Source of the DNA: a virus
Taxonomy: Duplodnaviria > Caudoviricetes
DNA: 64,000 nucleotides
Virus record (IMG/VR): IMGVR_UViG_3300029305_003320
Span: 19,869 to 83,868 of that record
Reading direction: 5' to 3' (one strand)
A program made the translations under genes and the position numbers. The notes under the pieces are model-generated. The model was not told the DNA's origin, searched no databases, and saw nothing but the letters and a program-made list of their open reading frames with translations. Each line of letters starts with the position of its first letter. The first letter of the stretch is position 1. This document shows positions 47,071 through 56,593 of the stretch, in pieces.

Positions 47071-48618
47071 TTAGAATACAGATATTCCAGACGTCGATGT
47101 ATCTGCGCCCTCTGATTCAGGGTCGTCAGCGTATATGTCTTTTATTGACATGTCCGGACCATCTATGTCGTCAAGAATCCCGACGTTAGTGAATCTGTAC
47201 GCACAGTATTTATCTTCAGACGGTGTGTCGTTGACATATCTGTGCTTATTCCACGCAAACGTCAGGTAAGGCACTCCGTGGTGATTCTTTTCGATCTCCA
47301 TGAAGAACAACACATCTAACTCTCTTTTTATACCTTTGCAGTCGGCTAGATGGAACTCTCCATATTGTTTTACAATATTCAGTTTCCCACTTACAGCCAG
47401 CTGAGACGCATTGGTGTCCATCTGCAATCCGGTTGAGAAGAATATTCCGTGATGAGATGTGTGGTTGTGGAACCTTTCCACTAGTTTCTGTAATTGGACG
47501 GCCGCGTTCTGATCTTTATCTTCGGCACTTCTACTACACAGAGTAATGTAGTCCAATACAGTTGCTACGACCTTTCCACTATATTTTTTTTCCGTTTCCT
47601 CTACGAGTTCTTCATATTCGTGGAATCCGAATGCATCGCCCATTCGTCTTTTGGCTATCATTCTAAATCCATTCTTGTTGAACTCTTTGATGATATATTC
47701 CACCATCTCTTCCTTAGAAAGATCTCCAGGCTCCTTCTTGAATGTGTTCCTGTAGAGTTTCTGATACCAATCTAGTAAGTTGGCTTGAACCTCATTTTCA
47801 AGAGAGATGAATAGAACTATCGGCTTGAGATCTCCATTGTCTGGTGGCTTATTTAGTGTACAGATCCATCTAGCCATATCCATCAGGAGTCCTGATTTGT
47901 AGTTATGAGATCTGGCAGCAATTGCAAATAGCTCTCCATACGAGGCTCCTTTCTTAGGACCCCACATACGGTTGAATCCCTGCCAACCGAACCTAATAAT
48001 AGATCCGGTGTCTTTCTTCTGCTGAGCTGCTAATGCTTTTGTTATAGACTTAGGATCAGCCATATCGATCTCTTCGATCGGTATTTCATCTGCACTCTTT
48101 AGATCTTCTTGAGTGAGATCTGTTCTCAGCGTCTCTGCGTCAGCTAGGAGCTGCTGCAATAGAGCATCCTGTTTTTCTTCGTCTGCTTCACAACTTGCTT
48201 TTCTGAAGTTGAGGAGCATCTTGCGAACTCGTCTATCGCCTCGCATCCAAGTGATGCCGTTTCGAACACGATTGAACAACGTTCTAATTCTTTGTTCTGA
48301 AACTGGTTCAGTTGGAGTTAGAAGATTTTTAAGTTCGTCGAATTGAAATTTGCATTCAGCAAATGCAGGATCTTGAGAATACTTAAGTAGAGTATCTGAG
48401 ACCTCAGCTCTGTTTGAGAGATTCAAAACACCCTTGGACACATCTCTCAAAAGATTAACATACAAAATGTTGATTGGACGCATCAGAGTTCTCTCTTCAG
48501 CGGATATCTCATCAAACATTTTCACAACAGCTCGTGCGAGTTCTGCTGACTTTTCACCTGGAGCATAAGCAGTCAAACACAAGGAGTTGAGATACACATC
48601 AGATGATTTTACATTCAT
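47071..48618 (-). CDS. DnaB-like replicative helicase (phiKZ gp118-like)
   Basis: Variant Walker A AARSHNYKSG, FISLENE, VLDY (Walker B), STGLQ; divergent from the MCP operon. Confidence 0.85.
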   Translation of the reverse strand: MNVKSSDVYLNSLCLTAYAPGEKSAELARAVVKMFDEISAEERTLMRPINILYVNLLRDVSKGVLNLSNRAEVSDTLLKYSQDPAFAECKFQFDELKNLLTPTEPVSEQRIRTLFNRVRNGITWMRGDRRVRKMLLNFRKASCEADEEKQDALLQQLLADAETLRTDLTQEDLKSADEIPIEEIDMADPKSITKALAAQQKKDTGSIIRFGWQGFNRMWGPKKGASYGELFAIAARSHNYKSGLLMDMARWICTLNKPPDNGDLKPIVLFISLENEVQANLLDWYQKLYRNTFKKEPGDLSKEEMVEYIIKEFNKNGFRMIAKRRMGDAFGFHEYEELVEETEKKYSGKVVATVLDYITLCSRSAEDKDQNAAVQLQKLVERFHNHTSHHGIFFSTGLQMDTNASQLAVSGKLNIVKQYGEFHLADCKGIKRELDVLFFMEIEKNHHGVPYLTFAWNKHRYVNDTPSEDKYCAYRFTNVGILDDIDGPDMSIKDIYADDPESEGADTSTSGISVF

Positions 48619-48712
48619 CTAGAATTCCCTTCAAATAAAGCCGATAACCGGCTATTATATGTCTGCCGACGGTAAAGTTATACCGTCGTTTAACTTAAAT
48701 AGGAAGAGCAAT

Positions 48713-50482
48713 ATGACTCCTTACATTCAAGTTATACGAGGCAGTTACGGTTGTTCTGGAAGAGGCAAAAATTCAATTTATAACTGGAATACACCTGAGG
48801 CGTTCCAGAAGGATCTGGAACGTCTTGCTCCAGCTTATAAGTTGCGCTTTGCACTTGACCAGACTATTGCCGTATCTTACCTCATGTGGCTTTATGGCGC
48901 TGAAGCAGATGCATTCGTTTGCGCCTATGGTGATTGGTTGAAAGATTTCATTTTCAAACATCTCGCTAAGTTTGAGAAAGATGCATTTAGTGATGCAGTG
49001 ACTAGCAAACTCTATCAAGCTGCTAAGAACATCACTACTTGCTGGTACAGTAATGACTGGATAGATGTTCCTGCAAGTGACATCATCTCCTATGTGTACA
49101 AATCTCAGTCTGGTATAGACGAGGTTGCACCTGTAGCACTAGATGTTGCCATGGCAGCTCCTTACCTGATGTTCAGGAATAGTCTGATGGCATCAGAGGA
49201 TTATGCTGGTCCAGTTGAAGTTCCTTATTACCGACTAGGTCAGTATGACGGACCTGTTTTGTTCATCTACGGAACTAAAATAGGAACCGGGTTTACCAAG
49301 GAATATCCAGTTGAGACTATGGAGTCTAAGTCGTTCGCTATGCTCATGTCTTCAGCGAATCAGATAAACGCTCCGATACTCAAGTTCCTTACTAGAGTTA
49401 CTCTTACCAACGTAGATGCGTTTGAGAAAATACTCAAATTCATCGCCGACAGACGCCTATCTTGTGACCCAACAACGGTCTGTAATGGTAATAGTAAACT
49501 ATTTTATGCAACTTACCTCGTACTTAATGAACTCTTCGACGTCGATTTCCTCGACGTTTTCAACAGAGGAGGCTACATTAGATCCGTAAGACGCGCTGAC
49601 TACGAAGGCATAGGGCAGACTCTTTTGAGTCTGCTTGTGTACCTTAACGAGCGTTATGGAACAGTAGCTACTTCTAGAGACCTGTTCGTCAGGTTCTTCG
49701 GAAATAAGATTATCAATAGCAAAGATGAAGCTCTTACCAGAGCCATACGTTTTGCTGCTACTAATGGAACATGCGCTTGCTGTGCCGAAGATAAGGAAGC
49801 TGTCGAGTCGCTCGGCATGAGTTGCGAAGCGATGAAACTGATAATTTCAGATTCTCAGAACACCACTATACCTGCTGAGGTACGTGGGGCTGATGAAGCT
49901 GCGAAAGAAAATGAAGGCGATCAAGGAGAAAACCTTGATTTGTCCGACCTGCCTGAACTAGATGTTGCCGAACCCGGCCTCGAAGCAGAAGAGGAAGATG
50001 ACACTGTGACAGACGGTGATCAGACTGAGGGTGAGGATGACTCTTCATCTGGAGATGACAACAAGGATGATAATGCCGCCCCTAAGCAAGACGACACTGC
50101 ATCCGGCGACGATAACCAAGGACTTGATGATCCGGGTGGTGATTCAGGGTCCGATCCAACTAACTCCAATACGCAAGGATCGAACACTCCAGAGGAAATC
50201 GACGCTTCGGACGATGATGGAATAGTATTCGAGATTTCGCCTGAAGGATCGGAAACAGTAGATTCGGTTATGGCCAGGGAAGAACTTGACAAATTCATCT
50301 CTGACATCTTAGTAAACCCTCCCAAGCAATTGTCACCCCAGGCTGTTAGTGCCTTAACCACACTGCAGAAGAACTGGGTCCACATCCTCAGCGTGGCGAC
50401 AATAGTGGGTATTCTGGGTAAGCTCGTCGAGCTCCCGGAAAAGTTCAAAAACATCAAAACAACACATGGAGATAATTCATGA
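48713..50482 (+). CDS. Conserved phiKZ-like protein upstream of MCP, with long acidic linker
   Basis: Lies between helicase and MCP; D/E-rich region near 49900-50220; start moved to MTPYIQ. Confidence 0.5.
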   Translation: MTPYIQVIRGSYGCSGRGKNSIYNWNTPEAFQKDLERLAPAYKLRFALDQTIAVSYLMWLYGAEADAFVCAYGDWLKDFIFKHLAKFEKDAFSDAVTSKLYQAAKNITTCWYSNDWIDVPASDIISYVYKSQSGIDEVAPVALDVAMAAPYLMFRNSLMASEDYAGPVEVPYYRLGQYDGPVLFIYGTKIGTGFTKEYPVETMESKSFAMLMSSANQINAPILKFLTRVTLTNVDAFEKILKFIADRRLSCDPTTVCNGNSKLFYATYLVLNELFDVDFLDVFNRGGYIRSVRRADYEGIGQTLLSLLVYLNERYGTVATSRDLFVRFFGNKIINSKDEALTRAIRFAATNGTCACCAEDKEAVESLGMSCEAMKLIISDSQNTTIPAEVRGADEAAKENEGDQGENLDLSDLPELDVAEPGLEAEEEDDTVTDGDQTEGEDDSSSGDDNKDDNAAPKQDDTASGDDNQGLDDPGGDSGSDPTNSNTQGSNTPEEIDASDDDGIVFEISPEGSETVDSVMAREELDKFISDILVNPPKQLSPQAVSALTTLQKNWVHILSVATIVGILGKLVELPEKFKNIKTTHGDNS

Positions 50483-52698
50483 GTAAGAAGTTCGATGACT
50501 TCATCAGCGGGTGTGTAAAAGCCATTGCTGGTGAGAAGTCTACCCTTCCTGCTGACTTCACGGCTGCCGCTAAGGTGCTAGGTGAGAAGGTTGAGAAGTG
50601 GGGCATGGATAACCACCTGTTCGTTCAGCAGCCGCTGCCGCGTGGTGGTAAGTTCTTCGCAGCTACGGAATCGCTTACCGGCGATCAGCTCGAGACTGCT
50701 ATCTCTGCCCAGTGCGTCGCAGACCTCATCGCTGATGCTGGTATTCCGAAGTGCTATCAGGAAGCTGCTACAGCTCGCGTTGCGGCCATCCTCTGCCAGG
50801 TCGTTGGCAAGAATGGTTCGATCGCGTTCACCGATTACAACACGAACGACACTGAGATTCGTGGTGAGCTCAAATCGCTCGAGTCCCTCTATGGTCCTTC
50901 GCTTTGGCAGGCGGTTGCGCCGGCTACGGAAGCGTTCGGCCTTCAGATGGATCGCGTGACGCCTGACCTCAAGACGATCCTCACGGTCGCTCTGCTTCAG
51001 TTCCACGTCGCGCTCACGCCTCGCGTTGTGCCGATCCAGTCCGTGACTCAGTCGAACGTCCAGATCACCCGTGAGATGATGGAAGTGTTCGATATGTCGC
51101 AGCCTGAGCAGAAGCCCACGCGCATCATCGAGCTCTATCGCGATCCTGACATGGTGGACAACCGTGCGGTCCGCATTGAGCCGCTGCTCGACAACGACGA
51201 GAATGTTGTCGAAGGCAAGGGTGGTACGTATCTGGTTGCCGACGGCATCTACCGTCTAGAGGAAGAGCTCAACCTCTTCAAGCTAGCTCTTTGCGCCGGT
51301 ACTGATCCGACGAAGAAGAACTACATGAAGCCGGGTTGGGAGAAGTTCAACCACACGGATATCATCGAGGACGGCATCGTCGTCGATGGGCTCCTCGTTG
51401 AGCTTTCGACCGGTACTGGCGACAATGCTAAGTCCGAGCAGTTCCTCCTGGAGGTTCCGAAGGACAAGGCGCGTCTGACGCAGGTCCCGAACGATTATCG
51501 TTCGACTGAGCGTCGCCTGCAGCTCGACCGTACGACCCTTCCGCTCAATGCCGCGACTCCGGTTTATGGTTCCGACCAGGCTAGTGAGATCCTCGCTGCA
51601 TACACGGCTGCGTCTGGCAAGTACCTCGCTCTCCGCATCAACCTCAATGCGTCTGTCGATCGCAAGACCGGCAATGCGAAGGCTTCCTGCTGGGGTAAAG
51701 CTGCTATCCGTACGCTCAACAGCAGTGTCACGCTCGAAGCGGCTGACACGACATTCCTCCAGGGCCTCACGGTTAAGTACCTCGGTGTCAAGATCGATGC
51801 TCGCTATAACGAGGACAACAAGCGCAAGACCTCGATTCGCGTCGAGATCAACCGCCGCAATATGTCCTACGAGCTTCCTGCCGGCCGTAACTTCGTGATG
51901 GACTTCGCGATCGGCCAGGAGGGTGCGACGAACGCCGCTGCCCGCCTCGCGCAGGTCGAGTGCATCGGCCGTGACGGCAAGATCGTCAAGGTCATCTCTG
52001 AGACGCTCAACTACGTCCACAACCTCCGTTGGGATCGTGGGTTCAGCGAAGAGGTCAATGCTGAAATCGCTTCGACGTATGCCGCTGGCGACCTTGTCAA
52101 TCAGACGGCTTACACCGGCACGATTGACTTCGGCACGGGCTTCCTGGCGATCCGCTCGTCGGATGCTACGGGTGACATCAAGCAGTTCCTCGCGGTTCGC
52201 TTGAACAAGATCATCACTGGCCTGAACGCCTGCTCGCTCATCGAGAAGCAGCTCGCTCAGGGTACGCCGGTGTCGTATCGTCTCATCACCTCGCCGTATC
52301 TGCTCGGCACGATCCTCGCCTGCCACCACATCCATGCTCACCTTGACCAGAACAGCCAGGCCGGTTCCGGTGCGGTTGAGTACGTCATCAAGCTGGATTG
52401 CGGTGCTCGCCTCGAGGTCGTTACGACGACCTTTAAGTCGATGTATGACAAGATGCTCATCATCCCATACTTCGAGGACTCCCCGGCGTCGATGTTCAAC
52501 TTCGGTACGGACTTCGACCAGGGCACACTCGTCGGTGCTATCACGCTCGGCGCGGACAACAGTGCGGCTCACAACCGCATGTTCTCCACGACTCGTGAGG
52601 CGCTCATCCCGACGAACGTCGTGGGTGCTGTCCTGACGATCACTGGCCTTGGCGATCCTCGTGTCGCTATGGACTTCCCGTCCATGACGGAGGCCTAA
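50479..52698 (+). CDS. Major capsid protein (phiKZ gp120-like)
   Basis: 739 aa; candidate maturation site PATE/AF; phiKZ-like synteny with the helicase; strongly biased codon use typical of a very highly expressed gene. Confidence 0.85.
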   Translation: MSKKFDDFISGCVKAIAGEKSTLPADFTAAAKVLGEKVEKWGMDNHLFVQQPLPRGGKFFAATESLTGDQLETAISAQCVADLIADAGIPKCYQEAATARVAAILCQVVGKNGSIAFTDYNTNDTEIRGELKSLESLYGPSLWQAVAPATEAFGLQMDRVTPDLKTILTVALLQFHVALTPRVVPIQSVTQSNVQITREMMEVFDMSQPEQKPTRIIELYRDPDMVDNRAVRIEPLLDNDENVVEGKGGTYLVADGIYRLEEELNLFKLALCAGTDPTKKNYMKPGWEKFNHTDIIEDGIVVDGLLVELSTGTGDNAKSEQFLLEVPKDKARLTQVPNDYRSTERRLQLDRTTLPLNAATPVYGSDQASEILAAYTAASGKYLALRINLNASVDRKTGNAKASCWGKAAIRTLNSSVTLEAADTTFLQGLTVKYLGVKIDARYNEDNKRKTSIRVEINRRNMSYELPAGRNFVMDFAIGQEGATNAAARLAQVECIGRDGKIVKVISETLNYVHNLRWDRGFSEEVNAEIASTYAAGDLVNQTAYTGTIDFGTGFLAIRSSDATGDIKQFLAVRLNKIITGLNACSLIEKQLAQGTPVSYRLITSPYLLGTILACHHIHAHLDQNSQAGSGAVEYVIKLDCGARLEVVTTTFKSMYDKMLIIPYFEDSPASMFNFGTDFDQGTLVGAITLGADNSAAHNRMFSTTREALIPTNVVGAVLTITGLGDPRVAMDFPSMTEA

Positions 52699-52738
52699 TC
52701 CTTAGTAGTCGGGTGATTACTAGAGGCAATGCTGGTAC

Positions 52739-52770
52739 GCTAGGAGTGGGCTGCAAGGCCCACTCCTAGC
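52739..52770. terminator. Hairpin (13-bp) after MCP
   Basis: Between convergent genes. Confidence 0.7.
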
Positions 52771-52784
52771 TATCATCTTGCTTC

Positions 52785-53225
52785 TTATTTTTTAGCGCGC
52801 TTCTTCTTAGCAGGCTTGGGACGGATCTGAGACATCCTGTAGATCATCTCTCCATGGTCGAAATAGTGCAGAGGGAATATTTCGTACACTACTTCTACTC
52901 CATACAGATCTCTACGATGCTCAAAGTAGTTTGTACTGCGGATGAATAGTTCTCTTCCATCCTTGCCGCCTTTAATAGGATATCCTCTGTCAAGGAATCC
53001 CTCATGACACTTGGCAATAGCGAGACCGCCAGTATCATCGTTCTCATATACAGCTACCGCATCTCCTTCAGAGATATTAAGCAACTGTGTTGCAGGCTTA
53101 CTGAACTGTAGACGTCCATCTTTAAGAAGAGTAACCACAGGTTTCTCCTCTTCTTTCATGAACATCCGTAGCAGTCTTTCTTTCATATCACTTAGGTGAT
53201 ACTTTATGTTTTGTAGTTTACTCAT
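52785..53225 (-). CDS. Possible AbrB/swapped-hairpin-like DNA-binding early protein
   Basis: DGRLQFSKPATQLLNISEGDAVAV resembles the AbrB G-x-I-x-I-P...L-G-I-x-x-G-D pattern; TATATTAC at 53261-53268. Confidence 0.4.
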   Translation of the reverse strand: MSKLQNIKYHLSDMKERLLRMFMKEEEKPVVTLLKDGRLQFSKPATQLLNISEGDAVAVYENDDTGGLAIAKCHEGFLDRGYPIKGGKDGRELFIRSTNYFEHRRDLYGVEVVYEIFPLHYFDHGEMIYRMSQIRPKPAKKKRAKK

Positions 53226-53260
53226 TGTTTACTCCTTTAGTGGTTAATAAATCCAAGTAT

Positions 53261-53268
53261 GTAATATA
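53261..53268 (-). promoter_or_regulatory. TATATTAC early promoter motif
   Basis: Exact match upstream of 52785-53225. Confidence 0.7.
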
Positions 53269-53300
53269 TACATAAATCAAATAAGCATAAAAAAGAGTTA

Positions 53301-53327
53301 GACCCACGACGTATTACGTCGTGGGTC
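53301..53327 (-). terminator. 13-bp inverted repeat with 1-nt centre
   Basis: GACCCACGACGTA-T-TACGTCGTGGGTC. Confidence 0.65.
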
Positions 53328-53340
53328 CTCGTCACTTCCT

Positions 53341-53505
53341 TTATTTTTTAGCTGCGTCTGAGGGATAGCCCAGGACTAGGTGTTTCCCATCTTCACTGAT
53401 ATAGACCTTAGCGTCATGCCAGTGGCCATCGTGAGCAGATCTTTGGATAAGTTGCTCACATTGAACTGCGCTGCAAGGAAGGGACACTCTGATTACTTCT
53501 TTCAC
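53341..53505 (-). CDS. Small hypothetical protein (54 aa, not in the ORF track)
   Basis: AAGGAG RBS, GTG start, MKEVIRVSLPCSAVQCEQLIQRSAHDGHWHDAKVYISEDGKHLVLGYPSDAAKK. Confidence 0.55.
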   Translation of the reverse strand: MKEVIRVSLPCSAVQCEQLIQRSAHDGHWHDAKVYISEDGKHLVLGYPSDAAKK

Positions 53506-53535
53506 AGTGGACTCCTTGTAGTGGTTAAGTTAAAT

Positions 53536-54090
53536 TTACCAAGGAAAGGAATTGATCTCTTCCTCAGTAGGTTCTGTTGTTGAGGTGCTCATGCCAGTCT
53601 TGACAGTGAGCGAAGCCATTTCAAAGATGTCTTTCACAAGAATATTTCCACTCATGCCAATCAACTGCCATCCATGATAGATGAGAGCTCCATTGATGAA
53701 CATGCTAACATCGATATCATACTTGTTAACATCATCTGGAATCTTGTGACCATCTTCTTGAAGATGAATGTGGTGGATCTCTTCCCAGAATTTGTCTTCA
53801 GGATATTGCCACTGCACTGGAGTGCTGAGATGATCTCCAGATGCCATCTCTATCTTCTTGAAGAATGTTAGGAACAGTCCTTTTAGTTGTTCGTAATTAA
53901 GACGAGCTTCTTTTGGAATCCAAGCGCTCTGATCCGAGTCTAGAACCTTGGTCCCGTTAAGACGAACCTGAATGGTAGCCATTACGAACTTCTCGTTAGA
54001 ATGATCTTTGCCATCAGGTTCTTTCTTGGCTAAGTTGTACTTGTCAACGATTTCGTCGTCTTTAGCACCAAAAGCGATTTCGTTTAGCAT
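53536..54090 (-). CDS. Hypothetical protein
   Basis: 184 aa; TAATG coupling to the upstream gene. Confidence 0.6.
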   Translation of the reverse strand: MLNEIAFGAKDDEIVDKYNLAKKEPDGKDHSNEKFVMATIQVRLNGTKVLDSDQSAWIPKEARLNYEQLKGLFLTFFKKIEMASGDHLSTPVQWQYPEDKFWEEIHHIHLQEDGHKIPDDVNKYDIDVSMFINGALIYHGWQLIGMSGNILVKDIFEMASLTVKTGMSTSTTEPTEEEINSFPW

Positions 54091-54671
54091 TACATCAACC
54101 TCTCTTTCTTTTCATTCGTGTTGTGAAATGTTCCGTCTGGATCTATGGCTATAAGGTTCTGTCTGAACATTCTAGCAACAGCACCATCAGACGCTATGAA
54201 AGGGCATCCGATATTGATAGCAGCGTGAAGGTCGTCTGATCTTTCAAGCCTTGACATCTTGCCATTGGCAACTTGTTTGTGTATAGCTTCACTTGCATCT
54301 TCTACAGATTTTTCGTACACTACAACTTGCCTTTGAACAGTTTGCCATACAGTTACAATGAACGGACGGGGTTTCCTGTCATCGTCACTGATTATCTTCA
54401 TTGCGTCGTGATTCGGTGCGCTAGTCCACATGGCTGTAACAAATTCAGCATACTGAGTTATGATGCGAACAAACCCAGCAGCAGCTAGGCGATTTATCGC
54501 TCTCTGTCTAACACAGATTTCATTTCCGTATGCTGGCATTGCGGAATCCGGGTCATTGTTATCATATACAACAACCCTATCTGATCTGATAGCATCTCCG
54601 ACCTTGGCGTGTGATGCTTCATCTAGCAACCGGCTTATACAATCCGGCGTAGTTCTGTTAGATGTATTCAT
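54090..54671 (-). CDS. Hypothetical protein
   Basis: 193 aa; AAGGA RBS. Confidence 0.6.
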   Translation of the reverse strand: MNTSNRTTPDCISRLLDEASHAKVGDAIRSDRVVVYDNNDPDSAMPAYGNEICVRQRAINRLAAAGFVRIITQYAEFVTAMWTSAPNHDAMKIISDDDRKPRPFIVTVWQTVQRQVVVYEKSVEDASEAIHKQVANGKMSRLERSDDLHAAINIGCPFIASDGAVARMFRQNLIAIDPDGTFHNTNEKKERLM

Positions 54672-54682
54672 TTGTTTGTTCC

Positions 54683-55156
54683 TTATTTGGTTTTGGGTCC
54701 TTCACAATAGATCCTCATATCTATGAGGCTATTGGAAAATTTATTGCAAATAGCTTCTTCAACCGTCTTCTTGTCTAGATGACCTAGACCAGATCCTATT
54801 AAAGGTGTTGCAACTGAAGTTAGTTTCAGCTTCTCAAGATATTTCTTTAGGTTAGTAACCCCAGCTTGTATCCATTCCATCTGGCTAGGATCTCTCCAGT
54901 GATTCTTGGTGGCAAGACAAATTATCATCCTCTTCTTGCCTGTGACTAAATCTTTGGTCTGTACACCTAATATTCCTCCTGGTGACATCATACCTATTCC
55001 ACAGTATGTCTTGTAGTTTGTGAATAGATGCTCATATCTTTCCTTGGCTTGTTTGGCTAAACCTGCACCCATAACTCCAACACAGTTGACAGGTATCACT
55101 ATAGCCTGAGCGTCATCATCAAATATGTCCTGAGGTAGGACGATACGTGTTATCAT
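54683..55156 (-). CDS. Macrodomain ADP-ribosylhydrolase (DarG/Poa1p-like)
   Basis: QDIF...AIVIPVNCVGVMGAGLA...ICLATKNHWRDPS...SVATPLIGSGLG; start moved to MITRIV. Confidence 0.85.
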   Translation of the reverse strand: MITRIVLPQDIFDDDAQAIVIPVNCVGVMGAGLAKQAKERYEHLFTNYKTYCGIGMMSPGGILGVQTKDLVTGKKRMIICLATKNHWRDPSQMEWIQAGVTNLKKYLEKLKLTSVATPLIGSGLGHLDKKTVEEAICNKFSNSLIDMRIYCEGPKTK

Positions 55157-55240
55157 CTTGTAGGTCCTTTCGTTGTTAATAGCTGACATAAAAGTCAGTA
55201 CAATACATTGCTGTCTTGCGCAAGATAATAAATACTCAAG

Positions 55241-55273
55241 CATCCTACTGTCCCATTATGGGACAGTAGGATG
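55241..55273 (-). terminator. 16-bp inverted repeat with 1-nt centre
   Basis: Downstream of dut. Confidence 0.65.
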
Positions 55274-55285
55274 GAGTGAAAGATA

Positions 55286-55720
55286 TTACCTTCCAGTTGA
55301 ACCAAATCCACCAGTACCACGATCTGTCTCTGAGAGTTCTTCTACCTTAATAGGATCTGCGAATGTAACTGGTGAAAGGACAAGCTGTGCGATCTTGTCT
55401 CCACGGTTTACACGATAAACAGGAACAGATGAGAACAAGATAATCCCGATCTCTCCGCGGTATTTGGAGTCGATTGTTCCTGGAGAATTCCAAACGGTGA
55501 TGCCCTTGGAAGCCAATCCTGATCTCGGACGAACCTGAAGTTCGTATCCGTCAGGTATTTCAGCTGCTATGCCAGTTTTGACAATAACAGGTCGGTTTAA
55601 AGGAAGCTCGACGTCATGCAGGGCAAACACATCCATCCCAGCGTCACCCTCATGTGCGTAACGTGGAAGCATAGCCCCACTATCTAGTTTCTTAAATCCT
55701 AACTTGATTTTAGTGCTCAT
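55286..55720 (-). CDS. dut: Trimeric dUTPase
   Basis: Motifs AGMD, RPRSG, GTIDSKYRGE, KIAQL, RGTGGFGSTG. Confidence 0.95.
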   Translation of the reverse strand: MSTKIKLGFKKLDSGAMLPRYAHEGDAGMDVFALHDVELPLNRPVIVKTGIAAEIPDGYELQVRPRSGLASKGITVWNSPGTIDSKYRGEIGIILFSSVPVYRVNRGDKIAQLVLSPVTFADPIKVEELSETDRGTGGFGSTGR

Positions 55721-55735
55721 CTATGTGCTCCCTGA

Positions 55736-56026
55736 TTAAACAATTGCCATTTCACCCTTACCGACCATGTAGCTGATGAATGCAGACTTGATCGTGTTGG
55801 GAATCTGTGCCTTCGAGAGTTTCTTGGTGGTGTAGATGATAACATCTTCATCATCGCAAAAAAGCACGATCTGGGGCTCAGGTATTCCATCGTACTTATT
55901 TCTGTAACTGACAGAGAATGTTCTATCTCCTACAGTTACAATGTGAATGGCATCGACATCGCATAGTTCGCTGTACTCTACCGTGACATCAGCGCTCGAG
56001 TGGATCTTAATGACAGATTTTTTCAT
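55736..56026 (-). CDS. Hypothetical protein
   Basis: 96 aa; AGGAG RBS. Confidence 0.6.
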   Translation of the reverse strand: MKKSVIKIHSSADVTVEYSELCDVDAIHIVTVGDRTFSVSYRNKYDGIPEPQIVLFCDDEDVIIYTTKKLSKAQIPNTIKSAFISYMVGKGEMAIV

Positions 56027-56241
56027 TTGGTTTCTCCTAAGAGTTTAGCCATATTGGCATGCTGAATTTTAGTTGTGCCGAAGTCCACAGGCTGCTGCAT
56101 TTTCAAGCCTCTACGTAAAGCAGACTCTGCTTGGCACAAGAAGCTTATAGCATCAATGAAGTGAGCACAGTATTGGCTCACTTCTTCTCCTTTGTACTTC
56201 ACCTTAACCTCAATGTGAGGAACATCTACTGGAGATTCCAT
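56023..56241 (-). CDS. Hypothetical protein
   Basis: 72 aa; ATGA overlap with the next gene. Confidence 0.55.
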   Translation of the reverse strand: MESPVDVPHIEVKVKYKGEEVSQYCAHFIDAISFLCQAESALRRGLKMQQPVDFGTTKIQHANMAKLLGETK

Positions 56242-56245
56242 AGGT

Positions 56246-56488
56246 CTACATGCCCCTGGATATCAAGTAGTCAACTGCATCGTTGATGGTCTTTAGACTC
56301 TCTGCATCTCCCTCTGGAATGCTAATTCCAAATTCTTCCTCTAGAGACATCAATAGTTCAATACAATCTAAAGAGTCCGCGGCAAGATCGTTAACTATAC
56401 TAGCAGTCGGTGTAGCTTGTTCCTTATCTACACCCAACTGATCAATAACGATCTCTGTTACTTTCTTAAGTATCTCTTCCTTGCTCAT
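56246..56488 (-). CDS. acpP: Acyl carrier protein (canonical DSL)
   Basis: QLGV...DLAADSLDCIELLMSLEEEFGISIP...LKTIND. Confidence 0.9.
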   Translation of the reverse strand: MSKEEILKKVTEIVIDQLGVDKEQATPTASIVNDLAADSLDCIELLMSLEEEFGISIPEGDAESLKTINDAVDYLISRGM

Positions 56489-56514
56489 TTTGTTACCTTT
56501 TTTGATGGTTAAAT

Positions 56515-56591
56515 TGGTCGGAGTTGAGGGATTTGAACCCCCGACTTACTGCTCCCAAAGCAGTCGCACTACCAGGCTGTGCTAAACTCCG
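56515..56591 (-). tRNA. tRNA-Pro (UGG)
   Basis: Full cloverleaf; anticodon arm ACTGC-TT TGG GA-GCAGT; encoded CCA. Confidence 0.95.
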
Positions 56592-56593
56592 AA

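Noticed and set aside
51283-52572. 429-aa antisense ORF (and other antisense ORFs) over the MCP gene
   Set aside because: Explained by the strong codon bias of the MCP gene removing antisense stops; no RBS or protein-like features
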